A stretch of DNA of 62,453 bases, counting the filler. It is 4 parts of 4 records of this genome, joined end to end, with 100 filler letters (N's around TTAATTAATTAA, not from the genome) between each part and the next. Parts side by side here need not be neighbours in the genome. Positions count along the whole stretch, not along the records: positions 1 to 25,633 come from SRR31156797_296; 3 more parts are not named here. One strand, written 5' to 3'. Below are positions 1-7,629 of this stretch, in pieces. Both the position numbers and the translations under genes were made by a program. Under the pieces are notes generated by a model that searched no databases, had not been told where the DNA came from, and worked only from the letters and a program-made list of their open reading frames with translations. Position 1 is the stretch's first letter. The number at the start of each line of letters is the position of its first letter.

Positions 1-1
1 C

Positions 2-1210
2 ATCCGCGGCGGTTCCGGCCAGCCCCAGATTTTGAACAACAACGTCGTCATTCAGCGTAACCTCTCCCGCTTCGGTCAATACGAAGGCGGCATCTCTCTG
101 GAAGATGCCAGAAACTGCGGCAACTACGGTTGTGTCTCCACGGGTATCTGCGGAAAGGGCAGCTTCATTACTCAGGAAGATCAACCCTGCCTCGCAAAAA
201 TCGTCGAAGTCATGCTGAACAACGGTAAATGCCCTGTCACCAAAAAGAAAGTTGGTGTTGAGACCGGCGATCCAGCCGAATTCACATCCTTTGACGAGGT
301 GTACGATGCCTATAAAAAGCAACTCGATCACCTCTTCAACATCTCCCGGAAGCACTCTGATCTGAGCCAGATGGCCAGACTTCAGGTCGTTCCGAGCGTC
401 TTCCGCTCCGCCATGTACGACGGCTGCATCGAAAAGGGTGTCTGCGAAGAAGCTGGCGGTACCCGTTTCCCGCAGGTCAATCCCATCATGACCGCTGGTA
501 TTGATGCCGCAAACTCCCTGCTCGCCATCAAGCATCTGGTCTTCGACACGAAGAAATTGACCATGCAAGAGATGCTTGACGCCATCAAATCAAACTTCGA
601 AGGCTGCGAAGACATTCGCAAGATGTGCTTTGAAGCACCCAAACATGGCAACGACCAACCTGAAGTGGAAGGCTTTGTGCAGCAATACTACAGGGATGTG
701 GATGCCATCCACCATGCTCAGGGACCGGACTGCTTCGGTTACCGCACCCCGCTGGACGCATACTCCTTGTCCTACCACAACTACTTCGGCGCACTCATGG
801 GCGCTCTGCCCAACGGACGCAAAGCCGGTGTAGCGCTGACCGACGGTAGTGTCTCCGCCATGCCCGGTACAGACCATGAAGGCATCACCGCCCTCATCAA
901 GTCCGGTGCAGAAGCCATCGACACGGTCCGCTACGGAGCAAACCACTTCAACGTGAAGTTCTCTCCCTCGGTTATGGAAGGACCTCAGGGTGCACGCACA
1001 CTGGTCTCTCTGATCAAAACATACTGCGACTTCGGTGGTTCCCACATCCAGTTCAACTGCGTAGATTCCAAGACTCTGAAAGATGCACAGGTCAATCCAA
1101 AGGAATACTCGGACCTGGTCGTCCGCGTTGCCGGTTTCAGCGCCTACTTCACTCGTCTGGACATGGGTGTACAGAATGAAATCATCAAACGTACGGAATA
1201 CAACTCCTAA
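2..1210 (+). CDS. Glycyl radical enzyme (PFL-like family), 5'-truncated by window edge
   Basis: Frame is open from position 2 (IRGGSGQPQILNNN...). Cys loop NYGCVS; C-terminal glycyl radical motif LVVRVAGFSAYF preceded by HIQFN; activase gene follows. Confidence 0.93.
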   Translation: MRGGSGQPQILNNNVVIQRNLSRFGQYEGGISLEDARNCGNYGCVSTGICGKGSFITQEDQPCLAKIVEVMLNNGKCPVTKKKVGVETGDPAEFTSFDEVYDAYKKQLDHLFNISRKHSDLSQMARLQVVPSVFRSAMYDGCIEKGVCEEAGGTRFPQVNPIMTAGIDAANSLLAIKHLVFDTKKLTMQEMLDAIKSNFEGCEDIRKMCFEAPKHGNDQPEVEGFVQQYYRDVDAIHHAQGPDCFGYRTPLDAYSLSYHNYFGALMGALPNGRKAGVALTDGSVSAMPGTDHEGITALIKSGAEAIDTVRYGANHFNVKFSPSVMEGPQGARTLVSLIKTYCDFGGSHIQFNCVDSKTLKDAQVNPKEYSDLVVRVAGFSAYFTRLDMGVQNEIIKRTEYNS

Positions 1211-1226
1211 AGAGTAAAAAGACTCC

Positions 1227-1267
1227 GCAGGGTGGGGTCGCCCTCCACATTATCGACCCCACCCTGC
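1227..1267 (+). other. GC-rich intergenic stem-loop without U-tract
   Basis: 14-bp perfect inverted repeat GCAGGGTGGGGTCG / CGACCCCACCCTGC with a 13-nt loop, between the GRE and its activase. Confidence 0.7.
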
Positions 1268-1307
1268 CCCCATGGAAAAACTTAAACGAATATCTGCGGA
1301 GACAATT

Positions 1308-2201
1308 ATGAGTCAGGGAATGGTATACAATATCCAACGAATGTCTGTTCAGGACGGCCCGGGGTTGCGAACCACGGTATTTTTAAAAGGCTGTCCGCTC
1401 TCCTGCCTGTGGTGCAGCAATCCGGAATCCCAAAAGACCTCCCCGCAGATGATGTTTTTCGAATCACTGTGTACCGGATGTGGAGCCTGTATGGATGCCT
1501 GTCCTAATGGGGCGGTCATACCCATGGGCGAAAAATTTGGCCGTGATCTCGAAAAATGTACCGACTGTGGCAAATGCGCCGAGGTTTGCCCCAGCAAGGC
1601 TCGCGAAATATCCGGCAAGGAAATGACCGTTGAAGACGTCATGGGTGTCGTGCGCAAAGACGCTCTGTTCTATGAAAATTCTGACGGCGGAGTCACCTTT
1701 GGCGGAGGAGAACCAACGTCCGGCGGACAATTCTTTCTGGATATGGTACAGGCCGCGCATGACGAAGGTTTCCATGTGACCGTTGACACCTGTGGTTTCT
1801 GTCCCGCTGACCGTTTTGATCAAACCATCGAAATGGCTGATCTCTTTTTGTTTGACTGCAAACACATGGACCCGGAACAGCACAAGAAATGGACCGGACA
1901 GGACAATACGATAATCCTGCGAAATCTGCGGGCCGCATTAAACTCAAAAACACAAGTCCGCCTCCGCATGCCTCTGATGCCGGATATGAATGATTCGGAT
2001 GAGAACATTGCTGCCATGGCAGACTTTTTCAAGGAATTTGATAGCCCTGAAATCGAAGTCATGCCGTGTCACGCTTTTGGCCGCAACAAATACGCCGCCC
2101 TCGGGTGGCCTTACCGCATGTCCAGCGAATACACACCGGAACAATTGGATGTCGTTCTGGAACGATTTGCAAACCACGGGCTCAAGACCGTCATTGTATA
2201 G
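1308..2201 (+). CDS. Glycyl-radical enzyme activating enzyme (radical SAM with 2x[4Fe-4S] insert)
   Basis: DGPGLRTTVFLKGCPLSCLWCSNPES, two ferredoxin motifs (CTGCGACMDACP, CTDCGKCAEVCP), GGGEP. Start chosen at ATG 1308 after GGAGA. Confidence 0.95.
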   Translation: MSQGMVYNIQRMSVQDGPGLRTTVFLKGCPLSCLWCSNPESQKTSPQMMFFESLCTGCGACMDACPNGAVIPMGEKFGRDLEKCTDCGKCAEVCPSKAREISGKEMTVEDVMGVVRKDALFYENSDGGVTFGGGEPTSGGQFFLDMVQAAHDEGFHVTVDTCGFCPADRFDQTIEMADLFLFDCKHMDPEQHKKWTGQDNTIILRNLRAALNSKTQVRLRMPLMPDMNDSDENIAAMADFFKEFDSPEIEVMPCHAFGRNKYAALGWPYRMSSEYTPEQLDVVLERFANHGLKTVIV

Positions 2202-2221
2202 GTAATCAGAAAGGACACACG

Positions 2222-2764
2222 ATGGCACCCTGCTCCAAGGATACACACCTCACCGCACAAACTGGCGCAACGGCCAAAGAACTGTATGGCAATGGTTCGA
2301 TGTGCTGCTCCGAGGCCGTTCTCACCGTCATCAACCGAGAATTTGACGGCGGTTTATCGCAAGACATTGTCATTGCGATATCCAAAGGATTCTGTGGTGG
2401 TATCGGCGATGCAGGATGTGTTTGCGGCGCACTGGCTGGCGCGGTCATGGCCCAGAGTCTCATTCTCGGTAAAGGCCCAGTGCCCACCGAAGATGAAGAA
2501 GTCAGGAAGGCATCAAAGGCACTGCATGATCGCTTCTTGGCTCAATACGGCAGCATCTGTTGCCGGGATTTGAGCAAGGACCGCGATCCAAATTCCGACT
2601 CCAAGGGAGTCTGTCTTGACTACGTGGAATCGGCGACAGCCATCTGCGCCGATCTGCTTCTCCATCCCAAGGCACTGCAAGAGGCGAAAGATGTCGAAGA
2701 TGAAGTCATCAGCTACCATACTGAACCATTTACCAAAGACGGGCTTAAGCCCATCAGATTCTAA
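2222..2764 (+). CDS. C-GCAxxG-C-C family putative redox protein
   Basis: Motifs CCSEAV, GFCGGIG..GCVCGALAG, ICCRDL, VC. ATG 2222 follows AAGGA. Confidence 0.85.
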   Translation: MAPCSKDTHLTAQTGATAKELYGNGSMCCSEAVLTVINREFDGGLSQDIVIAISKGFCGGIGDAGCVCGALAGAVMAQSLILGKGPVPTEDEEVRKASKALHDRFLAQYGSICCRDLSKDRDPNSDSKGVCLDYVESATAICADLLLHPKALQEAKDVEDEVISYHTEPFTKDGLKPIRF

Positions 2765-2787
2765 CCACAATCAACGAGGGTAACGAT

Positions 2788-3081
2788 ATGTTTGAACTGA
2801 CCGTCCCGGAAGAAATGCTTGAAAAGCTCCGGGCCATGCTTGAAGACGAAGATGAAGAAACCTGCGTTCGACTGCGCGAATACAAAGTCGGCGGAGGCTG
2901 ACACGCAAAAATAGTGCTCGGTCTGGGCATGGACGAACCGGATGAAGATGATGATGTACAAATTGAAGTAAACGGTGTCCCTTTCACTGCAGAAGAAGAC
3001 TTTCTGGAAAAATACGGTAAAACGTATTCCCTACAATTCAATGAGAACAAAGAAGTTGTCCTGACTCCGCTGAACGCCTGA
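2788..3081 (+). CDS. HesB/IscA/ErpA-like selenoprotein, 97 aa, Sec at codon 38
   Basis: MFELTVPEEMLEKLRAMLEDEDEETCVRLREYKVGGG-U-HAKIVLGLGMDEP...VNGVPF...TPLNA*. In-frame TGA at 2899-2901 in the GGG-C position, continued HesB-like sequence downstream, RBS GAGGG, SECIS-like hairpin. Absent from the ORF track. Confidence 0.88.
2899..2930 (+). promoter_or_regulatory. Bacterial SECIS element
   Basis: TGA CAC GCA AAA ATA GTG CTC GGT CTG GGC AT: stem GTGCTC/GGGCAT with GGTCT loop. GGT CTG lies at the same distance from UGA as in the E. coli fdhF SECIS. Confidence 0.8.
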
Positions 3082-3113
3082 TGCAAGGAATCAACAGCAT
3101 AGCTACTAAATTC

Positions 3114-3148
3114 AAAAGCCCCTTGCCGACTCGGCAAGGGGCTTTGTT
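3114..3148. terminator. Intrinsic terminator, probably bidirectional
   Basis: AAAGCCCCTTGCCGA-C-TCGGCAAGGGGCTTT between the convergent selenoprotein gene and creD. Confidence 0.85.
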
Positions 3149-3162
3149 ATACTATAAACTAT

Positions 3163-4545
3163 CTATTCATCCCTCTTCTTTTTGCGAAACATCTTTGTAT
3201 AATCCACTGAACCTTCTAGTGCATACCAATCGACATTACGGGTCAGGAACATCGTTGCAGCCAATATCGTGAACAACAAGCCGGAACCAAGCACCAATGC
3301 ATACTGTTCCGAAAGCAAAATGCAATAAAGCGCACCATACAAAACTGAAATGGCACATCCAAATCCAATAGCAATTTTCATTTTCCCCACCATGCTGCGA
3401 ACATACACCGTAAGTACAGAGACACACGCCACACTGGCCGCAAGATAGGCAAAACCAAATCCAATATGTTCAGCCAAAGAGATCAGCAGCAGATAAAAAA
3501 TAGTCAAAGCGGCCCCCACAAAAAGGTATTGGGCCACATGAATTCGCATTCCACGCAAGACTTCGAAGAGAAGAAAGAACTCCAACGTTAGCAAGATAAA
3601 AAGGAATCCATATTTCACAGCCCGCTCGGACTGGGTATAGATATCCACTGGATCTATCAATTCCACGCCAAATGCCGGACGATCCCAACTCAACAATTCC
3701 TTGCCACCCAACCCGGCACTGTTGGCGAATTCCGTAACAGACCAATGTGCCTTGAAGCCGGTCCGTGTCACCTCACGGGTAGCAGGTAAATACTCTCCAT
3801 CAAATCGAGGATGCGGCCAAATGGATTGGAGATCTACCGAGTATTCACCACCCAAAGGAATAAAACTCAAATCATGAGAACCATGAAGATCAAGTGTCAT
3901 GGAAAAAGAAACGGAAGCGCGTCCTTCCACCGTTCTGGGGTCAACCGAAGCCGAAAACCCCGTGGGCCACTGCTTGATCAACGGATTTTCATGACTGGGA
4001 CGAACGACCATTGTACGCTCATTCAATTGCAATAAAGGCGGAGTCGAAATGCCACGAGGCTCCTTCAAAGGCATAAGAAGAGTCAGGGATGAAACAGCTA
4101 TTACAGGTCTTCCATCCACCACCTGACCGACTTGCGGTAATTTAATTTCAGAAAAGGTGCCATTAATCTGAATTTTGGAAGTATACACCGGAATGGAAAA
4201 GATGCCGCGTTGCAGCTCATTGGGGCGCAGCACACCTTTAACTCTTGTACTTTTCGGCACGAAAAACACATGCTCACGCTTCTCGGTCTTGAATTCTTCT
4301 TTCTTTTGCTCCTTGGTCAACTCGTCGATGACGACTCTGGAGGAGACCTCTTCCACTGTATAATTTGCCACCAGCACCGGCGCAGTCAACCTCTGGTATC
4401 CCGCGTACTGCGATGCGATTTTATAGCCGACTTCCTGATGCAATTGATCCCGTTCGTAAATAACCCCTTCCACCATGCTCAGTGGAATAAGGCACAACAG
4501 AGACAGGACCGTAATCACAAGAAATTTCCCCAGATACCCTTTCAT
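3163..4545 (-). CDS. creD: Inner membrane protein CreD
   Basis: N-terminal TM, RGIF.IPVY, WPHPRFDGEYLP, ERAVKYGFLFI, IHVAQYLFVG, C-terminal TM bundle ending TRNVDWY; follows creB-creC. Confidence 0.93.
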   Translation of the reverse strand: MKGYLGKFLVITVLSLLCLIPLSMVEGVIYERDQLHQEVGYKIASQYAGYQRLTAPVLVANYTVEEVSSRVVIDELTKEQKKEEFKTEKREHVFFVPKSTRVKGVLRPNELQRGIFSIPVYTSKIQINGTFSEIKLPQVGQVVDGRPVIAVSSLTLLMPLKEPRGISTPPLLQLNERTMVVRPSHENPLIKQWPTGFSASVDPRTVEGRASVSFSMTLDLHGSHDLSFIPLGGEYSVDLQSIWPHPRFDGEYLPATREVTRTGFKAHWSVTEFANSAGLGGKELLSWDRPAFGVELIDPVDIYTQSERAVKYGFLFILLTLEFFLLFEVLRGMRIHVAQYLFVGAALTIFYLLLISLAEHIGFGFAYLAASVACVSVLTVYVRSMVGKMKIAIGFGCAISVLYGALYCILLSEQYALVLGSGLLFTILAATMFLTRNVDWYALEGSVDYTKMFRKKKRDE

Positions 4546-4610
4546 CAAACGTCTCCTTTTGTGGACGAATTCTCATTTCGTTACCGTCAAGGAGACCCTG
4601 CACCGGGCCT

Positions 4611-4650
4611 GTGGGATAAATGTGAAGCGAATATGTGTTTTTGATGTGGA
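4611..4650 (-). promoter_or_regulatory. cre-tag-like direct repeats upstream of creD
   Basis: Minus strand TCCAC-N6-AACAC ... TTCAC-N6-CCCAC, degenerate versions of the CreB site TTCAC-N6-TTCAC. Confidence 0.5.
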
Positions 4651-4658
4651 ATGGAATT

Positions 4659-6083
4659 TTACACGGCAAGACGCAATATGGCGCGCACCCCACCTTCGAT
4701 ATTCTCAAGCTTGATACTACCGCCGTGCAACTCGGCTACTTCGCGAATAAAAGGCAATCCCAGCCCTGTACTCTTCATACCGCCTGATGGACGGGGAAGT
4801 GAATAAAACCGATTAAAAATCTTATCGAAGGCGTAATCCGGGATGGGATCACCAGAGTTCGTCACTTCAACAACGGCACCCGTATTTTCACTATACGCTA
4901 AAACCGAAAGGGTTCCACCTTGAGGAGTAAAATCCAAGGCGTTACCCAACAAATTATCCAATGCCTGAGTGATGAGAAAGCCCTCCCCCAGCAAGAGGAG
5001 AGAGTTAGGTATTTGGCGCTCAAGAGTAATATTCGACGCAGACAACCGCACTTCTTGGGCCTCAAGCAGAGTGTTCAACTGCGTTGCAATATCCACTTCG
5101 GCAGGATTGTTCAGAGCCTCCTGCTTCTCAAGAGAAGCCAAAAGTAACAACCGCTCGATAATCTGTCTCATACGACTGTTTTCCGCGCCGATATGATGCA
5201 GAAAACGTTGTCGATCCGTATCACTTAAATCAGGTGATTCAAGAATTTCAACGGCCCCGGTAATGGCGGTGAGTGGTGATTTCAACTCATGGGTCAACGA
5301 ATGAACATACTGTTCCACATATTCTTTGCCTTCCAATTCCACGCGCATCTTTTCCACGGCTGCACCAAGGCGTTTCATCTCCGACGCACCAAGCCGTGGT
5401 TGTCGTGCTTGCCGTCCTCGTGCACGATCATCGGTATATGCAACCAACCGAGTCACATCCCGTCCGTGCCACCATGCCAACAACAGGGCAACAACAAGTG
5501 CGGCAAGAAACAATGAGACACTCGCCTGAATAATAGTGTTCCGCGCCTTCATGAAATACGGTTCTATACTGGCAGTAGGCTTGCCAACAGACAAAACACC
5601 AACCAGTTTATTGGCATCATTATAAATTGGTGCCGCCACATACATGACCGACTTTCCATCCTCACCGGAGGGGGTGGAACGCGCCCCGTATTTACCCCGC
5701 AATGTCAGGTAAACATCATTCCACCGGGAATAATCTCGGCCAACAGCCTTGCCTCCATCCGAATCGTAAAGCACCGTGCCGCGTGCATCAGTGACATAAA
5801 TCCTGTGATCGGTTTTCTGTTTGCGCACACCCCATACAAGTGCGTCAGGGCTGGCTTTGGTATACCGATCAAGAGCCTCAAGTAGATGCCCATCCTTGAA
5901 GACTCCCTCACGAAAGTCTTCACGCGCGAACTCTGCGAGCATGATGGAGGTATCAATGAGTGTCTCTTCCATGGACTGACGCATGGCTGGCTTGAGTTCA
6001 TCGGTCACAATATCGAGCACAAAAAACAGACTCAACCCGACCATGACGGCAAAGGCTATAAACAGACGCAGCCGCAAACTCAT
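4659..6083 (-). CDS. creC: Sensor histidine kinase CreC
   Basis: MRQSMEETLIDT, GRDYSRWNDVYLTLRGKYGARST, H-box LTHELKSPL, GLGL G-box. Confidence 0.93.
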   Translation of the reverse strand: MSLRLRLFIAFAVMVGLSLFFVLDIVTDELKPAMRQSMEETLIDTSIMLAEFAREDFREGVFKDGHLLEALDRYTKASPDALVWGVRKQKTDHRIYVTDARGTVLYDSDGGKAVGRDYSRWNDVYLTLRGKYGARSTPSGEDGKSVMYVAAPIYNDANKLVGVLSVGKPTASIEPYFMKARNTIIQASVSLFLAALVVALLLAWWHGRDVTRLVAYTDDRARGRQARQPRLGASEMKRLGAAVEKMRVELEGKEYVEQYVHSLTHELKSPLTAITGAVEILESPDLSDTDRQRFLHHIGAENSRMRQIIERLLLLASLEKQEALNNPAEVDIATQLNTLLEAQEVRLSASNITLERQIPNSLLLLGEGFLITQALDNLLGNALDFTPQGGTLSVLAYSENTGAVVEVTNSGDPIPDYAFDKIFNRFYSLPRPSGGMKSTGLGLPFIREVAELHGGSIKLENIEGGVRAILRLAV

Positions 6084-6784
6084 GGCTGATCCACCTCAAT
6101 GGTATACCCAAAACCTCGTTTGGTGACGATAGGATCGGCATCGGGAAGAACCTCGCGCAACTTGGCACGCAATGACTTTATGTGGGTATCAACGGATCGC
6201 TCCAAACTGGTCTCAGGAGATTCCCATGCCTGCTCCATAATCTGAGAACGACTGAATACACGCCCCGGCTGAGAAAGGAGAGTCGCAAGTACAAGAAATT
6301 CATGACGGGTCAATGAAAGCTCGACCCCGGCAAAAATCACAACGCCACTCTCTTCATTCAATTGAAAAAGCGCATCTGAAGTCGAGACGAAAGGCGTGAC
6401 GACATCCATCGGTTCCCCGTTAGTGCGACGAAGTATGGCCCGCACGCGAGCGACCAATTCCCTCGGGCTGAATGGCTTGGTTACATAATCATCCCCACCG
6501 ATCTCCAACCCCATCACCCTGTCGATCTCATCGCTCTTGGCTGTCAAGAAGATCACCGGGACACGAGATTCAATCCGTAGTTCCCGACACACAGCAAGTC
6601 CGCTAATATCCGGCAGGCCGACATCCAGAATAATCAGGTCGGCTCCGTGTGTATGGTAATCAGCCAACCCTTCCCGCCCAAGCGTATAATGTCGAACAAG
6701 AAAGTCTTCCTGTTGCAATGCAAACGAAACAGCATCCGCGATGGCGACCTCATCCTCGATCAATATAATGGTCTGTCGTGACAT
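6080..6784 (-). CDS. creB: OmpR-family response regulator CreB
   Basis: Receiver (IEDE, LDVGLP, KPFSPREL) plus winged helix (VDTHIKSLR, RGFGY); stop overlaps the creC start. Confidence 0.9.
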   Translation of the reverse strand: MSRQTIILIEDEVAIADAVSFALQQEDFLVRHYTLGREGLADYHTHGADLIILDVGLPDISGLAVCRELRIESRVPVIFLTAKSDEIDRVMGLEIGGDDYVTKPFSPRELVARVRAILRRTNGEPMDVVTPFVSTSDALFQLNEESGVVIFAGVELSLTRHEFLVLATLLSQPGRVFSRSQIMEQAWESPETSLERSVDTHIKSLRAKLREVLPDADPIVTKRGFGYTIEVDQP

Positions 6785-6852
6785 GTGCTCCGATATAGCC
6801 CAGCCATGAACCAAGGTCCAGAGCGACAGGACAAGTGGATAAAGTATACATT

Positions 6853-6895
6853 AAAAAAAAGTCCGCCTTTCCTTCAAGAAAAGCGGACTTTTTTT
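6853..6895. terminator. Intrinsic terminator downstream of tpx
   Basis: A8-GTCCGC...GCGGAC-T7 hairpin. Confidence 0.8.
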
Positions 6896-6910
6896 AGTGA
6901 GACAAAACTG

Positions 6911-7429
6911 CTAGCCAACAACTTTTCGCGCGGCCTCAAGGGCTGTCGCATAGTCTGGTTCTTCAGTGATTTCCTTCAAATATTCAACATACTCGACCTT
7001 TCCATCCTTGCCGACCACAAAAACCGCACGGGTCAAGAGACGCAGTTCCTTGATAAGCGTTCCCCAGTTTTCACCAAAGGAGGCTCCGGCATGGTCAGAC
7101 AATGTCTGGACGGCTTCGACTCCTGCCGCCCCGCACCAACGGGCCTGTGCAAACGGCAGGTCCATGCTGACGGTCAGGATTTTTACATCGTCGCCAAGGG
7201 CTGCAGCCTCGGTATTAAAACGACGGGTCTCCATGTCACACACGGGAGTATCCAACGACGGCACGGCTGCAATAATCAACACTTTACCTGCATAATCGGC
7301 CAAAGTGGCAGGAGACAGATCATTGGCGGCAACAGTAAAATCAGGAGCAATATCCCCAACCTTGATTTCAGGACCGACCAAGGTCAACGGATTCCCTTGA
7401 AAAGTAATAACTCCAGTTCGTTCACTCAT
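6911..7429 (-). CDS. tpx: Thiol peroxidase (atypical 2-Cys peroxiredoxin)
   Basis: VPSLDTPVCD, SMDLPFAQARWC, EITEEPDY. Confidence 0.95.
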   Translation of the reverse strand: MSERTGVITFQGNPLTLVGPEIKVGDIAPDFTVAANDLSPATLADYAGKVLIIAAVPSLDTPVCDMETRRFNTEAAALGDDVKILTVSMDLPFAQARWCGAAGVEAVQTLSDHAGASFGENWGTLIKELRLLTRAVFVVGKDGKVEYVEYLKEITEEPDYATALEAARKVVG

Positions 7430-7570
7430 ATTTTCTCCTTCGCTAACAAGGTTATTATCCAAGTAACTATTATCACCTACGAAGCAGAAATAAGTCAACG
7501 AGAAAAAAAGACCTTCGGCTACAAGCCAAAGACCTTTTCATTCAAAAAAGTGTATTTTCATAGCAGAGAG

Positions 7571-7606
7571 AAAGGCCCTCCTCAGGAGGAATCGAGGAAG
7601 GCCTTT
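7571..7606 (-). terminator. Putative terminator after torA
   Basis: Imperfect hairpin AAAGGCCCTCCTC...GAGGAAGGCCTTT just downstream of the torA stop. Confidence 0.5.
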
Positions 7607-7629
7607 GATACCGACTGAACGAAAACCGG

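Noticed and set aside
2-1210. GRE as choline TMA-lyase (CutC) linked to the TMAO reductase
   Set aside because: Cys loop is GCVS rather than GCVEP, and no microcompartment genes are visible; nothing supports the link.
2754-3137. Minus-strand 127-aa and 66-aa ORFs
   Set aside because: Ser/Phe-rich shadows of the acidic plus-strand selenoprotein, which has an RBS, family motifs and a SECIS.
6785-7618. 277-aa plus-strand ORF
   Set aside because: Antisense to tpx and runs through two terminator hairpins.
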